A DNA stretch of 63,998 bases, counting the filler, from Sandaracinaceae bacterium (lineage in GTDB: Bacteria > Myxococcota_A > Polyangia > Polyangiales > JADJQN01): the NCBI GenBank assembly GCA_947483975.1. It is 12 parts of 12 records of this genome, joined end to end, with 100 filler letters (N's around TTAATTAATTAA, not from the genome) between each part and the next. Parts side by side here need not be neighbours in the genome. Positions count along the whole stretch, not along the records: positions 1 to 5,372 come from CANKOL010000358.1; positions 5,473 to 10,819 come from CANKOL010000359.1; 10 more parts are not named here. One strand, 5' to 3'. Made by a program: the position numbers and the translations under genes. Positions within the stretch are counted from its first letter, which is position 1. Each line of letters starts with the position of its first letter. The notes beneath the pieces were generated by a model. It was not told the origin of the DNA. It saw only the letters and a program-made list of their open reading frames with translations, and searched no databases. Positions 1 through 9,575 of the stretch are shown here, in pieces.

Positions 1-534
1 GAGCTTGCGCTCGCGGCGCCCGCGCGCGTGCGGAGCTTGACGCTGATCGCCACGTTCGGTGGCGGCTCGCTGCGGGCGCGGCTGCCGTCGCTGCCCGGGG
101 TCCGCGGCTTCGTCGCGGCGAACCTCGCCCGTGAGCCGGAGGCGCGCATCCGGGCGCTGCAGGCGCTGCTCTATCCGCCGGAGTTCCTGGCGAACAGCGA
201 CGTCGGCGCGCTGACCGAGCGCATGCGCGCGCAGCTGACGAAGCGCGTCCCGCGGGAGACGCTCCTCGGGCAGCTGCACGCGGTGTTTCGGCACGACGCG
301 CTCGGGCGCCTCCCGCAGCTGACGATGCCGACGCTGATCGTGCGCCCCGGGCGCGACCTGCTCGTGCGGCCGACGAACAGCGACCGGCTCAGCGAGCGCC
401 TCCCGCACGCGCGCCGCCTCGCGCTCCCCGACGCGGGGCACGGTGTCATCTTTCAGAGCGCGCGGGAGGTCAACGCGGCGGTCGCCGACCTCGTCGCGAC
501 GGTCGAAGCCGAGGGCGCGGCGAGCGCCCGCTGA
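1..534 (+). CDS. alpha/beta hydrolase, 5'-partial
   Basis: Frame open from base 1; C-terminal PTLIV..G.RDLLV and LPDAGHGV acid/His motifs. Confidence 0.8.
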   Translation, partial: ELALAAPARVRSLTLIATFGGGSLRARLPSLPGVRGFVAANLAREPEARIRALQALLYPPEFLANSDVGALTERMRAQLTKRVPRETLLGQLHAVFRHDALGRLPQLTMPTLIVRPGRDLLVRPTNSDRLSERLPHARRLALPDAGHGVIFQSAREVNAAVADLVATVEAEGAASAR

Positions 535-1518
535 TCAGTAGCCCGCGCCAGGGTCGACGAGGTCCGCCGGGTCGAACGCGGCGCCGGTCCCGAAGTGCGC
601 GGCGAGCAGCAGCGAGCGCGCCAGCGTCGCGTCGAGCCAGCCCGGCTCGCGGTCCGCGCAGTGCGGCGAAAGGAGCAAGTTGGGGAGCGCGTAGAGCGGG
701 CTCTCCGGCGGGAGCGGCTCCTGCTCGAAGACGTCGAGCGCCGCGCCGCGCAGGCGCCCGCTCGCGAGGGCGTCGTAGAGCGCGCGCTCGTCGACCGTCG
801 GCCCGCGACCGACGTTGACGAGCACCGCGTGCGGGCGGAGCGCGGCGAGCAAGCGCGCGTCGACGGCGTGGTGCGTCGAGGCAGTCAGCGGCAGCGCGAC
901 GAGCAGGTGATCGCTCCGCGCCGCGAGGTCGTGCGGCGAGGTCACGAACGCGTCGACGAGCGCGTCGTTCGCGCTGCGCTCTGGATGCCGACGGTGCGCC
1001 AACACGCGCATCCCGCACGCCTTGGCGAGGCGCGCGCACGCTCGCCCGATGTCGCCGTAGCCGTAGACGCCGAGCGTCGTGCCGCGGAGCGCCCGCGGCT
1101 CGAACTGTGACCACGAGCGCGCGACCTTGGCTCGCTCGAGGCGCGCGAGGTCCTTCGCGAAGTGCAGGAGCGCCGCGAGCGTCCACTCGGCGAGCGCCTC
1201 GGAGAAGACACCGCGCGCGTTCGTGACGCCGCCGCGCGTGCGCGCGAACTCCGTCAGCGCGGGGGACACCAGGTGATCGAGCCCCGCGGCGGCGCTGTGC
1301 ACCCAGCGCAGGCGCGGCGCGGCTTCGAGCACCGGATCGAGCGCGCTCCGCCCGCACCACCAGGTGAGCACTCCGTCGAGCGTCGGCGCGGCGTCGCCCA
1401 CGTCCTCGAGGTGCGCGTGCGGCCCGACGAACGCGACCCCCGGCGGCGGCGCGTCGCGCGCGGCGAGCAGGCGAGCGTCGGTCGGAGCCCCGAGGAGGAG
1501 GACTTGCTTCGTGTTCAT
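535..1518 (-). CDS. D-2-hydroxyacid dehydrogenase
   Basis: GVYGYGDIG Rossmann motif, LVNVGRG, AALDVFEQEPL, LLSPH; likely start MNTKQ. Confidence 0.92.
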   Translation of the reverse strand: MNTKQVLLLGAPTDARLLAARDAPPPGVAFVGPHAHLEDVGDAAPTLDGVLTWWCGRSALDPVLEAAPRLRWVHSAAAGLDHLVSPALTEFARTRGGVTNARGVFSEALAEWTLAALLHFAKDLARLERAKVARSWSQFEPRALRGTTLGVYGYGDIGRACARLAKACGMRVLAHRRHPERSANDALVDAFVTSPHDLAARSDHLLVALPLTASTHHAVDARLLAALRPHAVLVNVGRGPTVDERALYDALASGRLRGAALDVFEQEPLPPESPLYALPNLLLSPHCADREPGWLDATLARSLLLAAHFGTGAAFDPADLVDPGAGY

Positions 1519-1631
1519 ACGATTCTCAGGCACCCGGCCGAGCGTAGCGCGCGCTGCCTTCGCAGGTTCGCGTGCGCGATTGCGCGCGCCGACGCTTCCG
1601 CTCGGGGCGCTCGCGCCCCACGGTGTGCGGG

Positions 1632-2429
1632 ATGAACCAGCCAGCGAACCCCGCGAGCCCCACGCGTCGGACGCCGATCGCCTTCGTCGGGCACGGCGCG
1701 CCGCTGATCGCGCTCGACGCCGAGAAGGGCGCACCCTTGCGCGCGTGGGGTGAGGCGCTCGGACGACCGCGCGCCGTGCTCGCGCTCTCGGCGCACTGGG
1801 AGCGTGCCCCGCTGACCAGCGGCGCGACCGAGACGCGGCCGCTCGTCTACGACTTCGGCGGCTTCCCGCGCGCGCTCTACGAGGTGCAGTACCCGGCGCC
1901 CGGTGCTCCGCGGCTCGCCGACCGCGTCGAGGGCTTGCTCGGCGTGCCGATGCCGCGCAGCGCGCGCGGCCTCGACCACGGCGTGTGGACGCCGCTCGTG
2001 CATCTGTTCCCCGACGCGAGCGTGCCGGTGCTGCAGGTCTCCCTGCCGAGCAGCGACGGCGCGCGCGCGCTCTTCGCGCTCGGGCAGCGCCTCGCGCCGC
2101 TGCGCGACGAGGGCGTCCTCTTGCTGTGCAGCGGCAACGTCACGCACAACCTCGGCGCCGTCGACTTTGCAGGCACCTCCGCGCCGCCCCGCTGGGCGCA
2201 GGACTTCGACGAGTGGACGCGCGACACGCTCGCGCGCTCCGACTGGGACGCGCTGCTCGACTACGAGTCGAGGGCGCCTCGCTATCGAGCGTCGCACCCG
2301 ACCGACGACCACTGGCTCCCGCTGCTGGTCGCCGCCGGTGCGGCGAGCGTCGCGCCGACGACGACCCGCTTCCCCGTCGAGGGCTGGGAGTTTGGCAGTC
2401 TCTCCCGTCGCTCGGTCGAGTTCGCCTGA
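1632..2429 (+). CDS. LigB/DODA-type extradiol ring-cleavage dioxygenase
   Basis: FVGHGAP, SAHW, YDFGGFP, RGLDHGVW, SGNVTHNL, HPTDDHWLPL. Confidence 0.92.
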   Translation: MNQPANPASPTRRTPIAFVGHGAPLIALDAEKGAPLRAWGEALGRPRAVLALSAHWERAPLTSGATETRPLVYDFGGFPRALYEVQYPAPGAPRLADRVEGLLGVPMPRSARGLDHGVWTPLVHLFPDASVPVLQVSLPSSDGARALFALGQRLAPLRDEGVLLLCSGNVTHNLGAVDFAGTSAPPRWAQDFDEWTRDTLARSDWDALLDYESRAPRYRASHPTDDHWLPLLVAAGAASVAPTTTRFPVEGWEFGSLSRRSVEFA

Positions 2430-2509
2430 GTCTCCGCGAAAGCTCTCGAGCCGCGCGCGCTGCTGGACGTCGAATGGGCTGTGCGTAGTTCCCCGAAGGG
2501 AACAGCACC

Positions 2510-3076
2510 ATGCGCCAGCACATCGAACGGTGGCTCGGGCTCCTCGGCAGCGGCTTGCTCGAGAACTGGCAGGACGACCAGGCGATCGAGGCCGCCATCG
2601 AGATCGTCGGCGAGGCGCAGCTCTCGGATCTGCGCGAGTGGATGACGCATCAGTCCCACGAGGACTTGCAGGAGCTCGACGCGACGGCGATCGAGGTCTG
2701 CATCTGGATGGCGCGCGCCGATGGCATCGTCTCGGAGGCGGAGCGCATGCACATCGAGGAACTCATCGCGGCGAGTCATCTCGACCGCGCGACGGTCGTG
2801 CGTGTCCGCGAGGCGTGGGAGCGTCGCCCCAACCTGATCGGCCTCGCGGACCGGCTCCCGCATCCCATCCTGCGCGAGCTGCTGCTCGTGCTCGCGTGGC
2901 AGACGGCGTTCGCGGACGGGCGCTTGAACCGCGTCGAGCAGGGCGGCGAGCTGCTCCTCGCGACGCTGCTCGCGGTGCCCGAGGAGCGCTCCTACGCGCT
3001 GCGGCACTCGCTCGGTGCCATCTCGCGTCGGCCGCCCCCGTTGCACCCGCCGAGCGGCGCTCCACTGGCGAAGTAG
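2510..3076 (+). CDS. TerB-like (tellurite resistance) domain protein
   Basis: Paired MARADGIVSEAE and AFADGRLNRVE motifs. Confidence 0.7.
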   Translation: MRQHIERWLGLLGSGLLENWQDDQAIEAAIEIVGEAQLSDLREWMTHQSHEDLQELDATAIEVCIWMARADGIVSEAERMHIEELIAASHLDRATVVRVREAWERRPNLIGLADRLPHPILRELLLVLAWQTAFADGRLNRVEQGGELLLATLLAVPEERSYALRHSLGAISRRPPPLHPPSGAPLAK

Positions 3077-3119
3077 CTGCGGCGCGCCGCATCGCTGAGC
3101 CTCGCACGCGCGCGCGGCG

Positions 3120-4646
3120 TCAGGTCTCCTCGAGCTCCGCGAAGAGGTCCGCGACCTCCGCGCGCCCGCGCAGAGGCTCGCAGAAGCGGGTCGCGACGCC
3201 GAGCAGGGACTGCTCGAGCCGCGCGACCTCCGCGCCCTTCGCCTCGAGGTCCGTGTCCACCGTCTCCCGCGCATCGTCCGTCGTCTGCACCTGCGCGGCG
3301 AGCTTCTCGCGGAGCGCGCTCAGCTGAAAGTCGAGGTCCGCGACCTCGCGCTGCTTCGTGGCGAGGCGCTCGACGAGGATGCGCGTCGCCTCGCGCGCGT
3401 GCGACAGGTCCTCGCCGAGCACCTGCACCGCGTGCCCGAGCTGATCGCGCGCGGCGAGGTCGCTCGCCTCGAGCGAGTCGAGCTCGCGCTGTCGGCTGAG
3501 CCCCTTCGCCCGCAGCCCGCTGATGCGCGAGAGCACCTCGCGGATCTGGTCGAGCGCGTCGAGCGCGTCCGACGGCGGCGTCGTCTCCGGATAGGCGCGG
3601 CGCAGCATCTGCTCGAAGACCAGGCTGCGTCGCTCCCAGCGCTCGAGCGTCACCGCCGGCAGCGCGGTGCGCGAGCTCCGCGGCGGGAGCGACTCGCGTG
3701 GTCGCGACGTCTCCTCGCTGCCCGAGAGCGTCTCGAGCACGCGCACGATCCGGTGCGCGTCGACGGGGCGGCGCTCGGGCGACTTCTCGAGCAGCGCCGA
3801 GATCGTCGCGTCGAGCAGCGGCGGGCAGTCGTCGACGAACTCGCTGACGGCGTGCGGCGTCGCCTCGAGGTGCGCGATCAGGAGCCCGCCGACGTCGTGC
3901 TCGTCGTACGGCAGCCGGCCGGCGAGCATCTCGAAGAGCACGATGCCGAGCGAGTAGAGGTCCGACGCCGCGCCCGCGTCCTTGCCCTTGATGCGCTCGG
4001 GCGCGATGTACTGCGGCGTGCCGACGACCTCGCCTGCGAGCGTGAGCCGCGTGTCCCCGCGCGAGCGCGCGATGCCGAAGTCGACGAGCTTCAAGAGCGG
4101 CTCGCCGGACTCTGTCTTCACGATGAAGATGTTCTCGGGCTTCAGATCGCGGTGCACGACGCCGAGGTCGTGCGCGCGCGCGAGCCCGCGGGCCATCTGC
4201 AGCCCGAGCGCCGCGACCGTCTCGAGGGGCAGCGGTCCGCGCGTGAGCAGCTCGCGCAGAGACTCCCCGTCGAGCAGCTCCATCACGATGTACGGCAGCC
4301 CGTCGTCCGTCTCGCCGGAGTCGTAGATCGTGACGACGTTCTCGTGCGCGATGGCCGCCGCGCTGCGCGCCTCGCGCCGGAAGCGCTCGCGCAGCTGCTC
4401 GTCGCGCCCGAGGCGCGCGTGCAGGATCTTCACCGCGACGGGCCGGTCGACGAGCGTGTGCCGCGCCCGATAGACGACGGCCATCCCGCCCTCGCCGAGC
4501 ACGGACTCGACGAGATAGCGCCCCGCGATCAGCGTCCCGATCCGCGGATCGGCGTGCTCCTCGAGCGCCGCGCCGTCGACGACGCAGGTCGCGCGCGTGT
4601 CGTGGTACTCGAGCCTACAGACGGGACAAACGCGCATCACCGTCAC
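3120..4646 (-). CDS. Ser/Thr protein kinase with N-terminal Cys motif and C-terminal coiled coil
   Basis: GEGGMAVV, VAVK, HRDLKPEN, DFG, GTPQYIAPE. Confidence 0.95.
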   Translation of the reverse strand: MTVMRVCPVCRLEYHDTRATCVVDGAALEEHADPRIGTLIAGRYLVESVLGEGGMAVVYRARHTLVDRPVAVKILHARLGRDEQLRERFRREARSAAAIAHENVVTIYDSGETDDGLPYIVMELLDGESLRELLTRGPLPLETVAALGLQMARGLARAHDLGVVHRDLKPENIFIVKTESGEPLLKLVDFGIARSRGDTRLTLAGEVVGTPQYIAPERIKGKDAGAASDLYSLGIVLFEMLAGRLPYDEHDVGGLLIAHLEATPHAVSEFVDDCPPLLDATISALLEKSPERRPVDAHRIVRVLETLSGSEETSRPRESLPPRSSRTALPAVTLERWERRSLVFEQMLRRAYPETTPPSDALDALDQIREVLSRISGLRAKGLSRQRELDSLEASDLAARDQLGHAVQVLGEDLSHAREATRILVERLATKQREVADLDFQLSALREKLAAQVQTTDDARETVDTDLEAKGAEVARLEQSLLGVATRFCEPLRGRAEVADLFAELEET

Positions 4647-4649
4647 CCC

Positions 4650-5372
4650 TCAAAGCGTCGCGCAGCAGCGGAAGCCCGTCGAGTAATCCGAGTAGCTCAC
4701 GTCGTGCGCGGTCGTCTGATAGAGGCAGCCCTCCCCGTTGATGCGCGTGTCGACGTAGAAGCCGCCGCGGAACGTGCCAGCCGGGTCGGACGTCCACTCG
4801 TGGAGGTTGCCCATCAGGTCGAACGCGCCCTCCGGCGTGACGCAGCCCGCATGGCTGCCGGTCGTGGCGAGCGAAGCCGGCAACTGATTGATGCACGCGT
4901 CGCTCAGCTGCGACCAGATCCACGGGTCGCTCGTGCCGAAGCGCTCGACCGCGGGGTGCACCGCGCGCGCGTCGTTGCACACGCCGTTCATGCGCGTCGT
5001 GCCGTACGGATAGGTGCGCCCCGCGCTGCCCTCGCACGCGAGCAGCCACTCGGCGTCCGTGCAGAGGCGCTTGCCGGACTCTGCGCACGCCGCCGCCGCT
5101 TGCGTGCCGCTGATGTAGCCCTGCGGCACCGCGCCCTCGAGCGACACGGCGCCGACGCGGTTCGAGCCCGGATTGTGAAACGGCGACCAGCTTCCGATCG
5201 GCCCGGTGTCGTCGACGAGCACGAGCGCGGCTTCGTAACGGTCGATGCACGCGGTCGAGAACGGCACCATCCCGGGCAGGCAGCCGCCGGCGCCGGGCGC
5301 CTCGCTCAGCCCATCGTTGGGGGTCGGGCTGTCCGCGGGGTCGCACGCGCCGGGTGGCCCCGCGTCGGCCTC
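4650..5372 (-). CDS. FGE-sulfatase (SUMF1/EgtB/PvdO) domain protein, 5'-partial
   Basis: CIDRYEA, KRLCTDAEW, YPYG, DLMGNLHEW, GFRCC; frame open to contig end. Confidence 0.88.
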   Translation of the reverse strand, partial: EADAGPPGACDPADSPTPNDGLSEAPGAGGCLPGMVPFSTACIDRYEAALVLVDDTGPIGSWSPFHNPGSNRVGAVSLEGAVPQGYISGTQAAAACAESGKRLCTDAEWLLACEGSAGRTYPYGTTRMNGVCNDARAVHPAVERFGTSDPWIWSQLSDACINQLPASLATTGSHAGCVTPEGAFDLMGNLHEWTSDPAGTFRGGFYVDTRINGEGCLYQTTAHDVSYSDYSTGFRCCATL

Positions 5373-5472
5373 NNNNNNNNNNNNNNNNNNNNNNNNNNNN
5401 NNNNNNNNNNNNNNNNTTAATTAATTAANNNNNNNNNNNNNNNNNNNNNNNNNNNNNNNNNNNNNNNNNNNN
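5373..5472. other. artificial contig linker (first of 11; others at 10820, 16184, 21543, 26901, 32257, 37601, 42936, 48262, 53579, 58886)
   Basis: N44-TTAATTAATTAA-N44, stops in all six frames. Confidence 0.99.
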
Positions 5473-5983
5473 GCCCGCTGCCTCCGCGCGGCGTCACGCC
5501 CGTCGGCGGCTCGAGCCCGCGGGGCGGCGGCTCGGTGCTCGGCAGGTCCTCACCGACGGCCGTCGGCGTACCGATCTCCATCGGCGCAGCGATCGCGTCC
5601 GGCGGCACGACCGGCGCGGCGGGCGCCTCGCCGCCCTTGGTCAGCCAGCCGGCGACACCGCCGAGCAAGAGCAAGACGACGACGATGCCGCCGATCAGCG
5701 CCCAGGTGCGCGCGGACGACTGCACGCCGATCGACTGCAGCGACACGCTCGACGCGCCCGGATCGTACGGGCTCGGCATCTGCCCGAGCGGCGGGCCCGC
5801 GGGCGCCTGGCCGACGCGCACACTGCCGCCGGGCGCAGGGCTGACGGGCGCAGGGCTGACGGGTGCACCGCCCCCCGCGGACCGGAGCGTCGAGCCGGCG
5901 CTCTGAGGCGAGAGCCCCGCGCCGCACATGTTGCAGAACCGCGCATCGACCGCGTTTTGCGCACCGCAGGACTGACAGAACAT
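5473..5983 (-). CDS. zinc-ribbon membrane protein, 3'-partial
   Basis: MFCQSCGAQNAVDARFCNMCG, Pro-rich linker, one TM helix. Confidence 0.8.
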
Positions 5984-6017
5984 GGGCCGCAACATAGCAG
6001 CAGTGCCGACCGGCACG

Positions 6018-6680
6018 TTACTCGAGCAGCGCGCGCGGCCCCTCGCGGGACGCGAGCCCGACGTCCACCGGCGCGCTCACGACGAGCCCACCGAGCACGC
6101 TGACCTCGTTCTGCACGCCGGTTCGCAGATGCTCCGCGTGCATCCAGCGCACGCCGAGGCGCAGCGAGATCCGCACGGCGCCGAGCACGAGCGGCACCTC
6201 GAGCCCGCCGCCGAACACGAGCGCCGCTTGCGCGCGCTGCGCCGGTGAGAGCGCGACGACCCCAAGCTCCAGCCCGAGCGAGTCGACGAGCACGTCGAGC
6301 CACTCGCGCCCGAGCGAGCTGTTCGTCAGAAAGCGCGCGAGAAACAGCGGCCGCAGCTCGAGCCCACCGCCGACGCTCCACGCGGCGCCGGACCCGGCGA
6401 GCCCCTCCGCCTGCGCGAACGCAAACGGCCCGACGCTGTCGAGAAAGCGCGCGCGCAGCTCGAGCGTGCTCCCGTCGCGGGCGGCGCCGTGATCGACGAC
6501 CGCGCCCGCGCCGAGCCCCGCCGCGAGCCAGACGTCGCCGTCGAAGCGCCCGTAGAGCCCGTCGCCCGCGCCCTCGTCGGCCGCCGCACGCCCGGCGAAC
6601 GCGAGCACGAGCGCGACGAGGACGAGCGAGACGACGCGGAGACCTCGCGGCACGGGCGCGACGCTAGCACGCTCACTCAT
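6018..6680 (-). CDS. secreted hypothetical, probable beta-barrel-like protein
   Basis: Signal peptide ending AAA|DEG; alternating amphipathic strands (GGGLELRP, GGGLEVP). Confidence 0.65.
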   Translation of the reverse strand: MSERASVAPVPRGLRVVSLVLVALVLAFAGRAAADEGAGDGLYGRFDGDVWLAAGLGAGAVVDHGAARDGSTLELRARFLDSVGPFAFAQAEGLAGSGAAWSVGGGLELRPLFLARFLTNSSLGREWLDVLVDSLGLELGVVALSPAQRAQAALVFGGGLEVPLVLGAVRISLRLGVRWMHAEHLRTGVQNEVSVLGGLVVSAPVDVGLASREGPRALLE

Positions 6681-7308
6681 CGGGCTCGTCGGGATCGCCG
6701 CCGCGGAGCCAAGTGACGACGAAGAGCACGGGGATGACGAACACGAATTCGAGGTCCGCCTCGAGCCCGCCGCTCACCTCCCAGCGCTCGGGCCCGGTGA
6801 CGCTGCGGCGCAGATCCACGTACAGCTGCAGCCCATAGCCGTAGCGAGAGAGGTAGTTGTACGGCCGGTAGCCGAACGCCGCGCGCGCGAGCGCGAGCGC
6901 GCCATCCGCCCCGTCGAGCGCGCCCGCCGCGGTGCCGTCGTCGCGCCTCGACGCGTAGCCGAGCGCCGCCGTCAGCACGAGCGGCAGCGCCGGCACGACG
7001 GGCAGCAGCACGCTCGCGCCGAGCGTGAGCTCCGCCGTCGTCAGGTCGTTCGTCCGCAGCTCGAGCGAGGGCCCGACCCGCACCGTGTCGGCGAGCCGCG
7101 GGCCGAACGAGAGGTCCGCGACGAGGTGCGCGTCGAACAGCCCATCGGTCGGCAGTCCGCGGACGAACGCCGCGCCGCCGCCTGTGCCGAGTCGAACCGA
7201 GACCTGCACATCGGCTCGAGCGCGAGGAGGTGCGGTCGCGACGAGGAGAGCGAGCGTCGAGCAGAGGGTCGCAGCGAGCGTGAAGCGCCGCCTCAGAGCA
7301 CGAGCCAC
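6673..7308 (-). CDS. secreted hypothetical, probable beta-barrel-like protein
   Basis: GTG start overlapping upstream gene; signal ending ARA|DVQ; amphipathic beta strands. Confidence 0.6.
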   Translation of the reverse strand: MARALRRRFTLAATLCSTLALLVATAPPRARADVQVSVRLGTGGGAAFVRGLPTDGLFDAHLVADLSFGPRLADTVRVGPSLELRTNDLTTAELTLGASVLLPVVPALPLVLTAALGYASRRDDGTAAGALDGADGALALARAAFGYRPYNYLSRYGYGLQLYVDLRRSVTGPERWEVSGGLEADLEFVFVIPVLFVVTWLRGGDPDEPDE

Positions 7309-8072
7309 GTGAAGCCCTGATCGAGCTGCACCTCGCGAGTGTCCCCGTCCGACGTGAGGATCGTCAGCGCTCCGCCCCGCCCGGCGAGCTGCGAGAGCGC
7401 GCTCGACGCCGCGGGCCCGCCGAGGTCTGCGACGCTCCGCCCCGCGATCTTCAAGATGCGGTCGCCGACCGCGATGCCCGCGCGCCCGGCCGGCGAGAAC
7501 TGCTCCATCTCGATGACCAGCAGCCCGTCCGAGCGCTCCTCGACGGTGCGAATCCCCACGCCGCGATGCGGGCGCGGCGGCTCGACCTTGATGCGCAGCG
7601 TCGCGCCGGGTGAGTCGAGCGGGAGCGTCGTCTCCGAGCCCGGCAGCGCGGTGTCGGGCAGCCCGTTCGACTGCAGGATCCCCACCGGATCGCGCGAGAT
7701 TCCGTCCGAATCGTAGACCTCGAAGCGAAGCTCGCTCGCGTGCGCGAGCGAGACGTTCGTCGGGAGCTGCGCGTTCCACACCGGCGCCGTCGTGTTGTCG
7801 AGCACGGGCGTCCGGAAGATCTCCGTCCCGCCGCGCAGCACGCGCACATAGACATCCGGTCCATCGCCGTCGTCCCACGGCAAGCCGCTGCGCTGCTCGG
7901 GCGGCACCGCCGCGGCGACGATCGTCAGCCGCCAGACGTCAGGCGGCGCGTCGCTGCTCGCGCCGTCGTCCGCGGACGCCGGGTTCAGCGAGATCATCCG
8001 ACGCGGATACGCGCAAGACGAAGCCAGCAGCGCGCAAAGCACGAGCACCATGGGGAGCGTGGGTCGGGGCAT
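7293..8072 (-). CDS. lipoprotein with C2 domain and PDZ domain
   Basis: Lipobox LASSC; C2: DDGDGPDVYV..RTPVLDNTTAPVWN..LRFEVYDSD...DPVG; PDZ: GVGI...SPAGRAGIAVGDRILKIAG. Confidence 0.82.
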   Translation of the reverse strand: MPRPTLPMVLVLCALLASSCAYPRRMISLNPASADDGASSDAPPDVWRLTIVAAAVPPEQRSGLPWDDGDGPDVYVRVLRGGTEIFRTPVLDNTTAPVWNAQLPTNVSLAHASELRFEVYDSDGISRDPVGILQSNGLPDTALPGSETTLPLDSPGATLRIKVEPPRPHRGVGIRTVEERSDGLLVIEMEQFSPAGRAGIAVGDRILKIAGRSVADLGGPAASSALSQLAGRGGALTILTSDGDTREVQLDQGFTWLVL

Positions 8073-8131
8073 CGCGGCGCATCGTGGCAAAGCCTTGGGA
8101 CCCGCGCCAGATCCGCGGTACAAAGGGCCCC

Positions 8132-9553
8132 ATGCGTCGCTGCAAGATCGTCTGCACCCTCGGTCCCGCCTCGAGCACCCTCGAGCGCATTCGCGAGTTG
8201 ATCGAAGCCGGCATGGACTGCGCGCGGCTCAACTTCTCGCACGGCAGCCACGAAGATCACGCGCGCGTCGCGGGCTATGTGCGCCAAGCGAGCGCCGAGC
8301 TCGGCAAGCCGGTCGCGCTGCTCGCCGACCTCTCCGGGCCGAAGATGCGCGTCGGGCGCTTCCCCGGCGGGCCGATCACGCTCGTGCCGGGCGCGAAGTT
8401 CACGCTGACGACGCGCGAGGTCCCCGGGGACGCGAACCTCGTCTCGGTCACCTACAAGCCGCTGCCGACGGACGTCGTCCCAGGCGACCGCGTCTTGCTC
8501 GACGACGGCCTGCTCACGCTCGAGGTCGCCGAGGTGACGGGCGGCACCGACGTCATCTGCACCGTGATCGTCGGCGGCCCGCTCTCGAACAACAAGGGCC
8601 TGAACCTGCCGGGCGCCAAGCTGAGCGCCCCCGCGCTCACCGAGAAGGACGAGGTCGACCTCGAGTTCGCGGTCAGCGTCGTCAACGTCGACTACGTCGC
8701 GCTCTCGTTCGTGCGCACGCCCGAGGACGTGAAGCGCGCGCAGGCGCTCGCGCGCGGCAAGCCCGTGATCGCGAAGATCGAGAAGCCCGAGGCGATCGAG
8801 TGCCTCGGCGCGATCCTCGATCAGGCGGACGGCGCGATGGTCGCCCGCGGCGACCTCGGCGTGGAGATGGGCTCCGAGAAGGTGCCGATCATCCAGAAGC
8901 GCATCATCCGCGAGGTCAACAACCGCGGGAAGATCGTGATCACCGCGACGCAGATGCTCGACTCGATGATCCGCAACCCGACGCCGACGCGCGCCGAGGC
9001 CGCCGACGTCGCGAACGCCGTCCTCGATCAGACCGACGCCGTGATGCTGAGCGGCGAGACGGCGTCCGGCGCCTATCCCATCGAGTCCGTGCGCATGATG
9101 GCCGCGATCATCAACGAGGTAGAGACCGCCTGGCTCGCCGGCGAGGCGGGCGTGCAGACGGAGCGCGTGACGCTGACGAAGGAAGACTGGGGCGGCTGGG
9201 ACTTCGCGAACGCCGCCGCGCGCGCCGCGACCCTGATGGCGGGCGCGCTGCCACTGAAGGCGATTGTCACCTTCACGCGCGACGGCAGCACCGCGCGGCT
9301 GCTCAGCGAATATCGGCCCCGCGCGCCGATCATCGCGATCACGCCGCGCCCCGAGGTCGCCACCCGCCTCGCGCTCGAGTGGGGCGTCTCGGCGCACGTC
9401 GAGGTGCCGCCCGAGCACTCCGAGGAAGTGCTGCGCATCGCCTGCGCGCTGCTCGTGCGCAAGAAGGTCTGCGTCCGCGGCGACGCGTTCGCCATCGTCG
9501 CTGGCTGGCCGCCCTCGGGCGGCTCCAACACCGTGAAACTGCACCGGCTGTGA
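8132..9553 (+). CDS. pyk: pyruvate kinase
   Basis: KIVCTLGPAS, RLNFSHG, IAKIE, MVARGDLG, TATQMLDSM, MLSGETA. Confidence 0.98.
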   Translation: MRRCKIVCTLGPASSTLERIRELIEAGMDCARLNFSHGSHEDHARVAGYVRQASAELGKPVALLADLSGPKMRVGRFPGGPITLVPGAKFTLTTREVPGDANLVSVTYKPLPTDVVPGDRVLLDDGLLTLEVAEVTGGTDVICTVIVGGPLSNNKGLNLPGAKLSAPALTEKDEVDLEFAVSVVNVDYVALSFVRTPEDVKRAQALARGKPVIAKIEKPEAIECLGAILDQADGAMVARGDLGVEMGSEKVPIIQKRIIREVNNRGKIVITATQMLDSMIRNPTPTRAEAADVANAVLDQTDAVMLSGETASGAYPIESVRMMAAIINEVETAWLAGEAGVQTERVTLTKEDWGGWDFANAAARAATLMAGALPLKAIVTFTRDGSTARLLSEYRPRAPIIAITPRPEVATRLALEWGVSAHVEVPPEHSEEVLRIACALLVRKKVCVRGDAFAIVAGWPPSGGSNTVKLHRL

Positions 9554-9575
9554 GCCCTCACGAGCACAGCCGCGC

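Noticed and set aside
4650..4760. DGR variable region at the end of the FGE-domain gene
   Set aside because: FGE folds are known DGR targets, but no template repeat or RT occurs in the window
3399..5420. Long antisense or alternate-frame ORFs (also 16323-18575, 26945-29122, 34724-36631, 38081-39994)
   Set aside because: Arg/Ala-rich shadow ORFs expected opposite real genes in very high-GC DNA; no motifs
5373..5472. Regularly spaced TTAATTAATTAA motifs about every 5.3 kb
   Set aside because: Artificial scaffolding linkers inside N-runs; no biological periodicity, and no gene linkage can be inferred across them
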